Source of the DNA: Pseudidiomarina andamanensis
GTDB lineage: Bacteria; Pseudomonadota; Gammaproteobacteria; Enterobacterales; Alteromonadaceae
Reading direction: 5' to 3'
DNA: 32,000 nucleotides
NCBI RefSeq assembly: GCF_009734345.1
Contig: NZ_CP032551.1
Coordinates: 780,001-812,000, forward strand
This document shows positions 1 to 7,498 of the stretch, piece by piece. Each line of letters starts with the position of its first letter. The stretch's first letter is position 1. A program made the position numbers and the translations under genes. The notes below the pieces were generated by a model. The model was not told the origin of the DNA. It saw only the letters and a list, made by a program, of their open reading frames with translations, and ran no database searches.

Positions 1-473
1 CCCCTGATATGCGCTGAGAAATTGCAGGTATCTGAAGCGATGCCCGGATAGGGCATTCGACCATCGTTCTCGAATCCATCAACAGGGTTTCGCAGGTGGG
101 TAGTTCGGGTGTTCGTATGCCGGATAATAAAATCCGATCCATCTGCAAATCCGGGGGTTGAACGAGCATATGCCCCGACCGTTGCCTTAAACAATAACTG
201 GTCTGGACGATAAGAAGCTTCTGCCTTGGCTCTTGGGACGACGCAAACCGTCAAGGTGCTTGCCTCGACCTGCTTGATAATTTCCGGGAAATCTATACCG
301 AGAACCGTATTCAGATCGTTGATCGCGTATCTGATATTTTGTTGGCTCCAATTGTGATGGGGATCATTCTTGAGTTTGTACAGGAAATCCGGATTTCCTG
401 GTTGACCCGCTCCATGAAAGTCGGCATGAAAATAGCCTGGCACATTTCGGTTCAAGAACTGGTTTGCTTCCAT
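1..473 (-). CDS. Hypothetical protein, N-terminal 157 codons only (runs off left edge); possibly phosphoribosyltransferase-like
   Basis: My own translation of the minus strand from ATG 473-471 stays open to position 3 (MEANQFLNRNVPGYFHADFHGAG...TVCVVPRAKAEASYRPDQLLF...FIIRHTNTRTTHLRN...PYPGIASDTCNF). It is absent from the ORF track because no stop lies in the window. It starts 11 nt after the HAD gene stop, so the two are probably co-transcribed. The PRTase idea rests only on remembered resemblance of the VPRAK / RHT..TTHL pattern; the diagnostic PRPP loop would lie off-window. Confidence 0.55.
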   Translation of the reverse strand, partial: MEANQFLNRNVPGYFHADFHGAGQPGNPDFLYKLKNDPHHNWSQQNIRYAINDLNTVLGIDFPEIIKQVEASTLTVCVVPRAKAEASYRPDQLLFKATVGAYARSTPGFADGSDFIIRHTNTRTTHLRNPVDGFENDGRMPYPGIASDTCNFSAHIR

Positions 474-484
474 TATGAATTTGT

Positions 485-1102
485 TCATCTTGTAATCCTG
501 CGTACATCTATTATCTGATCAATTCCAATGCCGCAAGCAATAGCTGACTCAATGGCCTTTTCATCATTCTCAAACACCAACATGGACATGCTTCCTTTCG
601 GAAGTTCAGCCATCAATTGCACGTACTTATCTCTTTGAGATTCAGCGTCTCTATAGATCTTCCGTGTGAACTTCTCGATAAGTCCGTGATGGTTGAGTAA
701 CATTTCCGCTCGACATCTGCGACTATTTGTGGCCAAAACAACTTCTTTCTCTTGGACGCGTGCAACTATTTCAATTAGTCGCGGGATGGCCTTTGTTTCT
801 GAAAGATATTTATGATATGAGCGCTCTTTAAGTAAGGCAATCTCTTCAATTTGTTTGTCAGTGATGCCCGGAATAATTTCTTCAAGTACTTCTCGCGTTA
901 TTCTGGTGCCCGGAGTGAAATCAATTTCTATTTGTGTAGATAGAACGAACATCACAGCATCTTTATACGCCAAAAAGTTGGCGTGATCGGAATCCACCAA
1001 GGTTCCGTCCAAATCAAATACGATAACTTCCGCTCGCTCAGCTTTGGCCAGCCATTCTTCACGTGCTTGATTTCCGTCAACCATGCTCCGCCTCATTCGC
1101 AT
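485..1102 (-). CDS. HAD-superfamily hydrolase (phosphatase-type, subfamily IA-like)
   Basis: 205-aa ORF with HAD motif I VIVFDLDGTLVDSD, motif II LATNS, a later Lys and the acidic motif FENDEKAI. The real start may be ATG 1084 (GAGG 6 nt upstream), because the first ATG (1102-1100) lies inside the attC R' core GTTATGC. Confidence 0.8.
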   Translation of the reverse strand: MRMRRSMVDGNQAREEWLAKAERAEVIVFDLDGTLVDSDHANFLAYKDAVMFVLSTQIEIDFTPGTRITREVLEEIIPGITDKQIEEIALLKERSYHKYLSETKAIPRLIEIVARVQEKEVVLATNSRRCRAEMLLNHHGLIEKFTRKIYRDAESQRDKYVQLMAELPKGSMSMLVFENDEKAIESAIACGIGIDQIIDVRRITR

Positions 1103-1200
1103 AACGCCGTTGTAACCGGCAAAAAATTGTTGGCTAAAATGTGAAGCGAAGCGTAACAGCCAACAAGTTTTTTGTCCGCGTTGACAACTTTGTTAGGCTC
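1099..1200 (-). mobile_element. Integron attC recombination site (102 nt)
   Basis: The minus strand reads GAGCCTAAC-AAA-GTTGTCAAC-GCGGAC-AAAAAAC-TTGTTGGCT-(22 nt loop)-AGCCAACAA-TTTTTT-GCCG-GTTACAAC-GGC-GTTATGC. R'' is GCCTAAC (RYYYAAC). R' is GTTATGC (one off GTTRRRY). The L box has one extra base in L'', a spacer is unpaired, and a long stem carries a second bulge. The site begins at the stop codon of the upstream gene. Confidence 0.8.
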
Positions 1201-2179
1201 TACATTTCGTATAAGCTCAAACCCATTGAAGCACCTATAGCGTACCAAACTCTCTGCCAGAGAACACGCTCAAGGTCATAACCAATGAATGATGTTTCCT
1301 CATTACCATGCCTAAGTAATTTCCCATTGGACAAGTATTTGAAATTAAAGGTTCCCAGTTGCTTATCACTTAGCTGTTCAGGAAGGACAGCACGAAGAGG
1401 TTTAAGATAAACAGGATCATCAGCAACTAAAATAAACTCATCAAATAAGTGCGAAAAACTTTCCATATGGTTACCTAACTCGAGTGTATACCATTCTTCA
1501 GAAACGGTATTTATCCTAATTTCACCTTTTTCATAATCCTTCGTTGAACCGTCAAGATGCTTTATCTCATGCCCATCTTCTGGTGGGTGGAAGACAAACG
1601 CAGTGATAAATGATTTTTCATGAAGCCACTCTATGGCATGAGGGATAAATTCATCAATTTCAACAGGCTTTAATAATCGATTTGGATGAAGCTCTTTAAA
1701 GAAACGTAAGGCCTTAGCTGTTTCTCTATAAAGAAAAGGATAGTCGATGTACATTACACGGTACTTAGCTGGTGCTCTTTGCATTCGTTCTTTGTATATT
1801 TCTCTAACTTCAGCAACGCATGATTTAGGGTTTCGGTTTATCTCTCGCCCTGTGAACCTTATAACGGCGTATCCAGCTCTTGAAAGGTAACGCTGCCGTA
1901 TGGCGTCTTTTTCTAACTGCTCTTTCGTTGAATGATAGTCATGCCCATCTAACTCAACTATTAGTCGAGCATCTTTCAATATAAAATCAACACGGAATCG
2001 CCCATGTTTCTCTTGGTCTCCGAACCAATGTTCACTTTCAATTGCACTTGCTAAGTCATCCAGCTCTTTACTAAATTCCTTCTCAATATATGACTGCCCT
2101 CTGTCTCTATACCAACTTGGAGGAGACTTAGGTTGACCTGGATACTTCATTGCTACCTCTATTTATGAGTTGAGCCTAA
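1105..2179 (-). mobile_element. Integron-type gene cassette carrying the DUF559-nuclease fusion gene
   Basis: The cassette 5' end GTTAGGCTC (2180->2172, minus strand) is the exact complement of GAGCCTAAC at the start of its own attC (1200->1192). This is expected for G|TT crossover insertion of a circular cassette. It holds a single ORF with a 29-nt leader and is AT-rich relative to core genes. Confidence 0.7.
1200..2150 (-). CDS. DUF559 / Vsr-like (PD-(D/E)XK type) endonuclease domain fused to an unassigned ~190-aa C-terminal domain
   Basis: 316-aa ORF. The N-terminal ~115 aa carry the DUF559 pattern RFRVDFIL..ARLIVELDGHDYH....EKDAIRQRYLSRAGYAVIRFTGREI. I recognise no family for residues ~125-316. 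Confidence 0.75.
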   Translation of the reverse strand: MKYPGQPKSPPSWYRDRGQSYIEKEFSKELDDLASAIESEHWFGDQEKHGRFRVDFILKDARLIVELDGHDYHSTKEQLEKDAIRQRYLSRAGYAVIRFTGREINRNPKSCVAEVREIYKERMQRAPAKYRVMYIDYPFLYRETAKALRFFKELHPNRLLKPVEIDEFIPHAIEWLHEKSFITAFVFHPPEDGHEIKHLDGSTKDYEKGEIRINTVSEEWYTLELGNHMESFSHLFDEFILVADDPVYLKPLRAVLPEQLSDKQLGTFNFKYLSNGKLLRHGNEETSFIGYDLERVLWQRVWYAIGASMGLSLYEM

Positions 2180-2622
2180 CATTTGTATATCGTGCGTGCG
2201 CATTTAGAAACTCGTTTAACTAACCGTTTTCGTTTCTTAACTTACTGATCCAGCAGGTATGTCTGACTTGAAAGGTTGCGAGTTGGCAAAGGCAATTTGA
2301 GCATGCTCAGTTACACTCTACCAATCGCACAATATCCAACTTTTATTTTTTGTTATGTAATTGACAGTAAACGACTTAAATAAACAACACAACAGCAATA
2401 CGCGCAATATTGCCGAAGTGAATGTGCCGTACATCGCTGGCGACACCATCACTTACTAATAACGCGACGGCTAGTCACTAGTTGCAGTAACCTGAAAGTC
2501 AAAAGGTCCGCTGTTCGCTCATTGCAGACCATTTATCAATCGTTTTAGCGATATTGTCCACATTGCCCTTGGCGCCGAATACTGACGCTCAACAAGGACG
2601 CACTCTACAAAATGAATGTGGC

Positions 2623-2850
2623 TTAATACACAATACCATTACTGCCATTTTGACACTTTTGGCACTTACGATGAAAAACATCGGTGCCATTTGCCCCATA
2701 AATATGGCCACATCCATCCTCCAAACATTCAAGCTTGTAAGCAATAGCATTGTGATCTGTGCCTTGAACTCCCCGAGTACCATGATTCTTTTGATTATTT
2801 CGGTTTATATAACCAATCTGCGTGCTTGTTGCTGTTCCGTTCTTCCACAT
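2623..2850 (-). CDS. Small four-cysteine zinc-ribbon protein (75 aa), function unknown
   Basis: A strong SD AAGGAG (2863->2858) lies 7 nt before ATG 2850. The Cys pairs CLEDGC and CQKC are typical of a zinc ribbon. Plus-strand ORF 2554-2943 is its low-complexity shadow. Confidence 0.6.
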   Translation of the reverse strand: MWKNGTATSTQIGYINRNNQKNHGTRGVQGTDHNAIAYKLECLEDGCGHIYGANGTDVFHRKCQKCQNGSNGIVY

Positions 2851-2875
2851 TGTTCGGCTCCTTATAAGATCATAA

Positions 2876-2892
2876 GCTCGAAACTTTCGAGC
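2876..2892. promoter_or_regulatory. Perfect palindrome GCTCGAAA-C-TTTCGAGC upstream of the zinc-ribbon gene (operator or hairpin)
   Basis: 8-bp arms seen directly. Its right half is part of an 11-bp direct repeat TTTCGAGCATT (2885-2895 and 2981-2991). Confidence 0.3.
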
Positions 2893-3044
2893 ATTAAACG
2901 CAAGCTTGATTCTAAGTCCATAACATCTAAAGAAACCAGATGAACATTATCTATTAGTAGTTTGCGTGTTGACGATACGTTTTCGAGCATTGCTTCTTCT
3001 AGGGCAGCTATTAATTGGCAAAAAGTCCCTATGCCTAGACGATC

Positions 3045-3467
3045 TTAGGTCCGCTCCTCGCTCATGCCGGTCAACGCATACATCACTGTCTCAATTTGTG
3101 CCCCATTCACCATATCGTCACCAAAGCTTGCACATAGCGCTTGGTCAAGTGCGGCCTCCATGACCATACCCTGTTGAATATGCTGTAGTACTTTTGCTGC
3201 AATTTCCTCATACTCATCTTGGCAATTGTTTTCTTTGCAGTACGTGTTCATCGGGTCAGTCTCAAATAGCGCGGCATTAATGGTCTCAACGCACATGCGC
3301 TGTAATTGACGCGATGGACGCGATCCGGTGTAGCCACGTTTATCAAGCTCGGCATGTAATGCATCAAATCGTGATTGACGGCTCTGCATTGCCGCAGAGT
3401 CTGCACACGGCAGTGTATGCAAGCGCATGAGTTGATGAATAATTTGGCAAATGGACGATGCGGTCAT
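3045..3467 (-). CDS. Hypothetical protein (140 aa)
   Basis: Long ORF with core-like composition, divergent from the cupin gene. No family recognised. Start uncertain (Met1, Met14 or Met27). Confidence 0.5.
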   Translation of the reverse strand: MTASSICQIIHQLMRLHTLPCADSAAMQSRQSRFDALHAELDKRGYTGSRPSRQLQRMCVETINAALFETDPMNTYCKENNCQDEYEEIAAKVLQHIQQGMVMEAALDQALCASFGDDMVNGAQIETVMYALTGMSEERT

Positions 3468-3612
3468 TACTTCTCTTTTTATTAATTATTTTTTAATATT
3501 TTTACAACATCAGAACTATACAGGATGTCAGCGACAGAACGTGTCGTGTATCTTCAAATTCGAGTTATTATTTCATTCCAAAGCAATTTCACAGTTCAAC
3601 AGGTACGAAAAC

Positions 3613-4068
3613 ATGCTATTGAAGAAGTCAGATATCGACGCGATGCCAGGTGAGCATAAAATCCACTTTCTCAATCCGAATGCACAACGACTGAATAAAT
3701 CGCTTGGCGATGCTGCAGGAATGAAGTCGCTCGGTATTCATTTAATTACGATACAACCTGGGCACGACTCCACTGAGCATCACTTTCATCATTTCGAAGA
3801 AGAAGCGATTTACGTGCTGTCAGGAGAAGGAATTGTGACCATTGGCCAACAACAGCATGCGATTGGCGCCGGCGACTTTATTGGTTGCCCGATTGATCAT
3901 GTACCGCATTCAATGCATGCAACAGGCTCTGAACCGCTACAGTGCTTAGTGGTTGGCAACAGGCTACAAGCTGATGTTAGCGACTATCCGAATGCCGGGA
4001 AGCGCCTCTATCGCTATCTGAGTGCGTGGGATTTGGTTGATATTAGCGACGCGACGAACGTCAAATAA
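3613..4068 (+). CDS. Cupin-domain protein
   Basis: Cupin motifs GHDSTEHHFHHFEEEAIYVLSGEG...IGAGDF...PHSM. I chose the internal ATG 3613 (MLLKKSDID) because the 54-codon upstream extension is AT-rich, low-complexity and overlaps the divergent gene. Confidence 0.75.
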   Translation: MLLKKSDIDAMPGEHKIHFLNPNAQRLNKSLGDAAGMKSLGIHLITIQPGHDSTEHHFHHFEEEAIYVLSGEGIVTIGQQQHAIGAGDFIGCPIDHVPHSMHATGSEPLQCLVVGNRLQADVSDYPNAGKRLYRYLSAWDLVDISDATNVK

Positions 4069-4100
4069 GAGGGGTGCAGTCCAAGGACTGCCCCCCTCTT
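4069..4100. repeat. GC-rich palindromic repeat, copy 1 (likely bidirectional terminator)
   Basis: GAGGGGTGCAGTCC-AA-GGACTGCCCCCCTC with an A-rich left flank and T-rich right flank. It lies exactly between the convergent cupin and usp stops. Confidence 0.7.
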
Positions 4101-4958
4101 TTACCTAAGTACGAGGGTTGAGGTGCGGCTCTCTTTCAGCATGGCCATGGTGGTACTACCTACCAAGAATTGGCGAATGCGCGAGTGGCCGAATGCGCCC
4201 ATGACCATGAGGTCAATGTCATGTTCGGTTTGATACTGGTGCAAGGTGGCTTCCACGTCGCCGGCACGCAGCGCGACGTGCACTTCGTGACCGCCTTCAA
4301 TCAGAACCTTTTCCGCCCACTTGAGTTTTTCCCAGTTGTTCGCGGTGTCAGCATCAACCATCACCACATGCATCGGCATGCCGTTAAACAATGGGCTTTG
4401 CGCGAGCATTTCAACACCCTTCTCAGTGGTTTTACTGCCATCGAAAGCGAGCATGGCCGAGCGCGGCTCGTTGAACGTGTCTGGTGTTAATAATAGCGGG
4501 CGATGAACCGTGCGAATCACGGTTTCCAACTGGCTTCCTACTTGATGCAGCTGATTCGCCGATGCTTCGCCATGCAGACCTAACACTGCAAGACGCACAT
4601 CACCTTCTAGTGCTAATAAATTTTCGGCAAGCTCGCCGTGGCGCTGACGCTGTGTCACGTCGCTCACACCAAGCTTCTTCAATTTCTCATCAGCGAGTTG
4701 CAACAACACATGACCGTGCTCCAACGCTACCTTGGCGCGCTGGGCATCCAATTCAGCAAGTTGCTCAAGCAAATGTTCACGCGTACCCAAACCAATATTA
4801 CCGGAAAGCTCGGTTTCCGCCTGCGATTTCAGCTCATCTAAAACATGTAATAACATCACTGGCGCAGCCAATTGCTTCGCCGCCCATGCGGAATATTCGC
4901 ACACGGCTGTGTTGCGCGAAGCGCCATCAATACAGCTAACTACGTAAGACATAATCAT
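4101..4958 (-). CDS. Universal stress protein, tandem USP domains
   Basis: 285 aa forming two USP-like halves (...LLHVLD...; ...MVMGAFGHSRIRQFLVGSTT..., the ATP-binding G-2x-G-9x-G(S/T)-like motif). Adjacent to a SulP transporter. Confidence 0.75.
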   Translation of the reverse strand: MIMSYVVSCIDGASRNTAVCEYSAWAAKQLAAPVMLLHVLDELKSQAETELSGNIGLGTREHLLEQLAELDAQRAKVALEHGHVLLQLADEKLKKLGVSDVTQRQRHGELAENLLALEGDVRLAVLGLHGEASANQLHQVGSQLETVIRTVHRPLLLTPDTFNEPRSAMLAFDGSKTTEKGVEMLAQSPLFNGMPMHVVMVDADTANNWEKLKWAEKVLIEGGHEVHVALRAGDVEATLHQYQTEHDIDLMVMGAFGHSRIRQFLVGSTTMAMLKESRTSTLVLR

Positions 4959-4969
4959 CCCTTATTATT

Positions 4970-6469
4970 CTAATGGCCGCCCATAATGCTGTCGGCAGCG
5001 TCGGGTTTATCGTGAACACCAAAACGGTCGACGATGGTCGCGCTGGCTTCGTTGAGCCCCTGCACCTCGACTTCAGCGCCCTCGCGACGGAATTTGAGCA
5101 CAACTTTATCAAGCGCTCCTACCGCAGTGATGTCCCAAAAATGTGCTTTCGTGAGGTCAATAATGACCTTATCCAGCGCTTCTTTAAAGTCGAACGAGTC
5201 AATAAACTTATCAGCAGAAGAGAAAAATACCTGACCGATCACCTGATAACGGCGTTCGCTGCCTGATTCATCAATCGTTGATGTCACACTCATAAAGTGG
5301 CCAATTTTGTTCGCGAAGAACATGGCAGCAAGTAATACACCCACGCCAACGCCAATCGCTAAGTTGTGAGTTGCCACAACAACCACGACGGTGGTGACCA
5401 TTACAATGTTGGTCGATAGCGGGTGTTTCTTAAGGTTACGAATGGAATCCCAACTAAAGGTACCAATGGAGACCATGATCATCACAGCAACCAGCGCTGC
5501 CATAGGTATTTGCTTGAGCCATTCGTCCAGCACAAGAATCAAGACCATCAGGAAAATACCAGCCGTTAACGTCGACAAGCGGGTGCGACCGCCTGATTTC
5601 ACGTTAATCACCGACTGACCAATCATCGCACAGCCAGCCATACCGCCCATCAAACCAGCACCGATGTTGGCGATACCCTGTCCTTTACACTCACGGTTTT
5701 TGTCACTTGGTGTATCGGTTAAGTCATCAACGATGGTCGCTGTCATCAGTGATTCGAGCAAACCAACCACAGCCAAACCAGCAGAGTACGGGAAGATAAT
5801 GGCTAAGGTTTCAAGGTTCAGCGGCACGTCAGGCCATAGGAAAATTGGCAAGGTATCCGGTAGCTGGCCCATATCACCAACGGTACGAATGTCGATATTC
5901 CAGAAAATCGCCACAATCGTTAGCGAAATAATGCACACCAACGGCGACGGCAACATCTTGCCGATGACAGGCACGTACGGGAATAGGTAAATAATGCCCA
6001 GCCCTGCCGCAGTCATAGCGTACACATGCCAAGTGACGTTCGTAAGCTCAGGTAGTTGCGCCATAAAAATCAAAATAGCGAGCGCATTAACGAAGCCTGT
6101 TACCACCGAGCGCGACACAAACCGCATCAACGAGCCCAATTTTAAGTACCCTGCCCCAATTTGCAGCACACCGGTTAATAATGTGGCTGCCAATAAATAC
6201 TCAAGGCCATGGTCGCGCACTAAGGTGACCATCAACAACGCCATTGCACCGGTTGCGGCTGAAATCATGCCAGGACGACCACCAGTAAACGCAATGATCA
6301 CGGCAATACAGAACGAAGCATAAAGCCCTATTTTCGGATCAACGCCGGCGATAATCGAGAAGGCTATCGCCTCAGGAATAAGAGCAAGGGCTACGACAAT
6401 ACCCGCGAGCAGATCGCCACGGATATTCGAAAACCACTGGTTCTGAATGGTTTTGAACATGTGATTCAA
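4970..6469 (-). CDS. SulP-family anion transporter with C-terminal STAS domain
   Basis: 499 aa, polytopic, with an N-terminus typical of SulP ([25 protein letters not shown]). The C-terminal soluble part is STAS-like ([15 protein letters not shown]...). Start at 6469 or 6460. Confidence 0.85.
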   Translation of the reverse strand: MNHMFKTIQNQWFSNIRGDLLAGIVVALALIPEAIAFSIIAGVDPKIGLYASFCIAVIIAFTGGRPGMISAATGAMALLMVTLVRDHGLEYLLAATLLTGVLQIGAGYLKLGSLMRFVSRSVVTGFVNALAILIFMAQLPELTNVTWHVYAMTAAGLGIIYLFPYVPVIGKMLPSPLVCIISLTIVAIFWNIDIRTVGDMGQLPDTLPIFLWPDVPLNLETLAIIFPYSAGLAVVGLLESLMTATIVDDLTDTPSDKNRECKGQGIANIGAGLMGGMAGCAMIGQSVINVKSGGRTRLSTLTAGIFLMVLILVLDEWLKQIPMAALVAVMIMVSIGTFSWDSIRNLKKHPLSTNIVMVTTVVVVVATHNLAIGVGVGVLLAAMFFANKIGHFMSVTSTIDESGSERRYQVIGQVFFSSADKFIDSFDFKEALDKVIIDLTKAHFWDITAVGALDKVVLKFRREGAEVEVQGLNEASATIVDRFGVHDKPDAADSIMGGH

Positions 6470-6510
6470 CTTTTAATTGCGTAATAAAGGCGCGCATTAT
6501 ACATATTCGT

Positions 6511-6538
6511 TTGACTTTATGCGAAATAGGCGTAGAGT
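6511..6538 (+). promoter_or_regulatory. Putative sigma70 promoter of the cold-shock gene
   Basis: TTGACT (6511-6516), a 16-nt spacer, then TAGAGT (6533-6538). This would give a ~155-nt leader, similar in length to the known cspA 5' UTR. Confidence 0.4.
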
Positions 6539-6699
6539 GGGCGGCGTTGGTTAGAAACAGCAAGTTAAATCTCCTCTACGTCGCATTATTAGCATTATTC
6601 TTCGTCCTGTAGTTTTAAATTTCCTTTTTTTACCCCGCATGACTCTGTCAGTGGTTTTCGCCATGGCAGCTAAATTTTTAAATTTTCAGGATTAATATT

Positions 6700-6909
6700 A
6701 TGTCTAATACAGTAACTGGCGTTGTAAAATGGTTTAACGAAGCAAAAGGTTTTGGTTTTATTGAGCAACAAGGTGGCGCAGACGTATTTGCTCACTTTAG
6801 CGCAATTGCTAGCACCGGTTTCAAAACCTTAGCCGAAGGCCAACGTGTATCGTTCTCGATCACTCAAGGTCCTAAAGGCCCACAAGCTGAAAACATCGTT
6901 GCCGTTTAA
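6700..6909 (+). CDS. Cold-shock protein, CspA family
   Basis: 69 aa with RNP motifs KGFGFI and VFAHFS; near-canonical Csp sequence. Confidence 0.95.
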   Translation: MSNTVTGVVKWFNEAKGFGFIEQQGGADVFAHFSAIASTGFKTLAEGQRVSFSITQGPKGPQAENIVAV

Positions 6910-6934
6910 TCGCCGATAGTTTTGCTTGATAATG

Positions 6935-6961
6935 AGGAGCTCTTTTGAGCTCCTTTTTTTA
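6935..6961 (+). terminator. Rho-independent terminator of the csp gene
   Basis: GGAGCTC-TTTT-GAGCTCC followed by a T8 run. Confidence 0.8.
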
Positions 6962-7025
6962 TGCCTTGAATTTGCTTCTGTTCAATCTCATATTTGAGTT
7001 AATACCGCTTTAAATAGAGGTTTTT

Positions 7026-7457
7026 ATGTCTGACAATATCATCGTGGCATGCCCCAGTTGCCACAAGAAGAATCGTGTCGCTACCGATAAACCGCGGAGT
7101 GAAGCGAAATGTGGTACGTGTAAAGCGCCTCTTTTTACTGGAAAAGCGTTTGCTGTTAACGCCGATGAATTTCGCTTGCATCGCGACAGCGATTTACCCT
7201 TGGTGGTGGATTTTTGGGCGAGTTGGTGCGGGCCATGTAAGCAATTTGCGCCGATATTCGAACAGGTTGCGCAGCAATATGCTGAGAAAGCTCGCTTCGT
7301 GAAGGTTAGTACCGAAACTGAGCCTCATTTGGCTCAGCACTTTATGATTCGGAGTATTCCGACATTAATGGTGGTTAAAAACGGACAAGAAGTTGCGCGC
7401 CAAGCCGGGGCGATGGGCCCGGCGCAATTGGTGCAGTGGCTGAATCAACACCTTTAA
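7026..7457 (+). CDS. trxC: Thioredoxin 2 (zinc-finger thioredoxin)
   Basis: N-terminal CPSC...CGTC zinc-binding extension plus the WCGPC active site. Collinear with my recollection of E. coli TrxC (FWA.WCGPC..FAPIFE.VA..., IRSIPT). Confidence 0.9.
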   Translation: MSDNIIVACPSCHKKNRVATDKPRSEAKCGTCKAPLFTGKAFAVNADEFRLHRDSDLPLVVDFWASWCGPCKQFAPIFEQVAQQYAEKARFVKVSTETEPHLAQHFMIRSIPTLMVVKNGQEVARQAGAMGPAQLVQWLNQHL

Positions 7458-7460
7458 AAG

Positions 7461-7498
7461 CGTTAGTCGTTAATCGTTATTCGTCCTTGGTTATTCAT
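7461..7498. repeat. CGTTANT heptad-repeat element, single arm
   Basis: CGTTAGT CGTTAAT CGTTATT CGTCCTT GGTTATTC, closely similar to the left arm of the element at 18979-19052. It overlaps the stop codon of the DCC gene. Confidence 0.6.

Noticed and set aside
1146-1152. GCGAAGC mini-hairpin motif (and tandem GAAGC GAAGC) in the attC loop
   Set aside because: The heptamer is known to be unusually stable as ssDNA. A single 7-mer in a variable attC loop is easily coincidental, so no function is claimed.
2174-2358. Possible long (~185 nt) degenerate attC ending at the GTTAGGC core
   Set aside because: Only a 12-bp imperfect stem plus an RYYYAAC-like heptamer support it. The interior does not pair, the length exceeds typical attC sites, and the R''-L'' spacing is non-canonical. 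It is mentioned in a finding but not annotated as a feature.
2554-2943. 129-aa plus-strand ORF spanning the zinc-ribbon locus
   Set aside because: It is a low-complexity, Ser/Ile/Leu-rich translation with no SD. It lies antisense to a minus-strand ORF that has a strong SD and a coherent Cys-pair pattern, so I treated it as a shadow ORF. It also shows no integrase motifs.
2181-3100. Search for an integron integrase (intI) or its fragments right of the cassette
   Set aside because: None of the ORFs or frames I read here shows tyrosine-recombinase motifs (for example HTLRHSFATHLL or GH...TMIYTH). I cannot exclude short fragments without a tblastn search.
3451-3612. 54-codon N-terminal extension of the cupin ORF, and likewise the 49-codon extension of ychJ (12328-12474)
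   Set aside because: The extensions overlap neighbouring genes and have atypical composition. Internal ATGs give proteins matching the family N-termini. For ychJ, the internal ATG also forms an ATGAATAA overlap with the rluF stop.
4170-4947. Several plus-strand ORFs (61-151 aa) inside the USP gene; likewise 4973-6323 inside the SulP gene
   Set aside because: They are antisense shadow ORFs with Arg/Ser/Ala-rich nonsense composition, fully contained in well-supported minus-strand genes.
6540-6699. Independent small RNA upstream of the cold-shock gene
   Set aside because: The region is best explained as the long 5' UTR typical of cspA-family mRNAs transcribed from the predicted promoter at 6511-6538. 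No separate terminator is visible.
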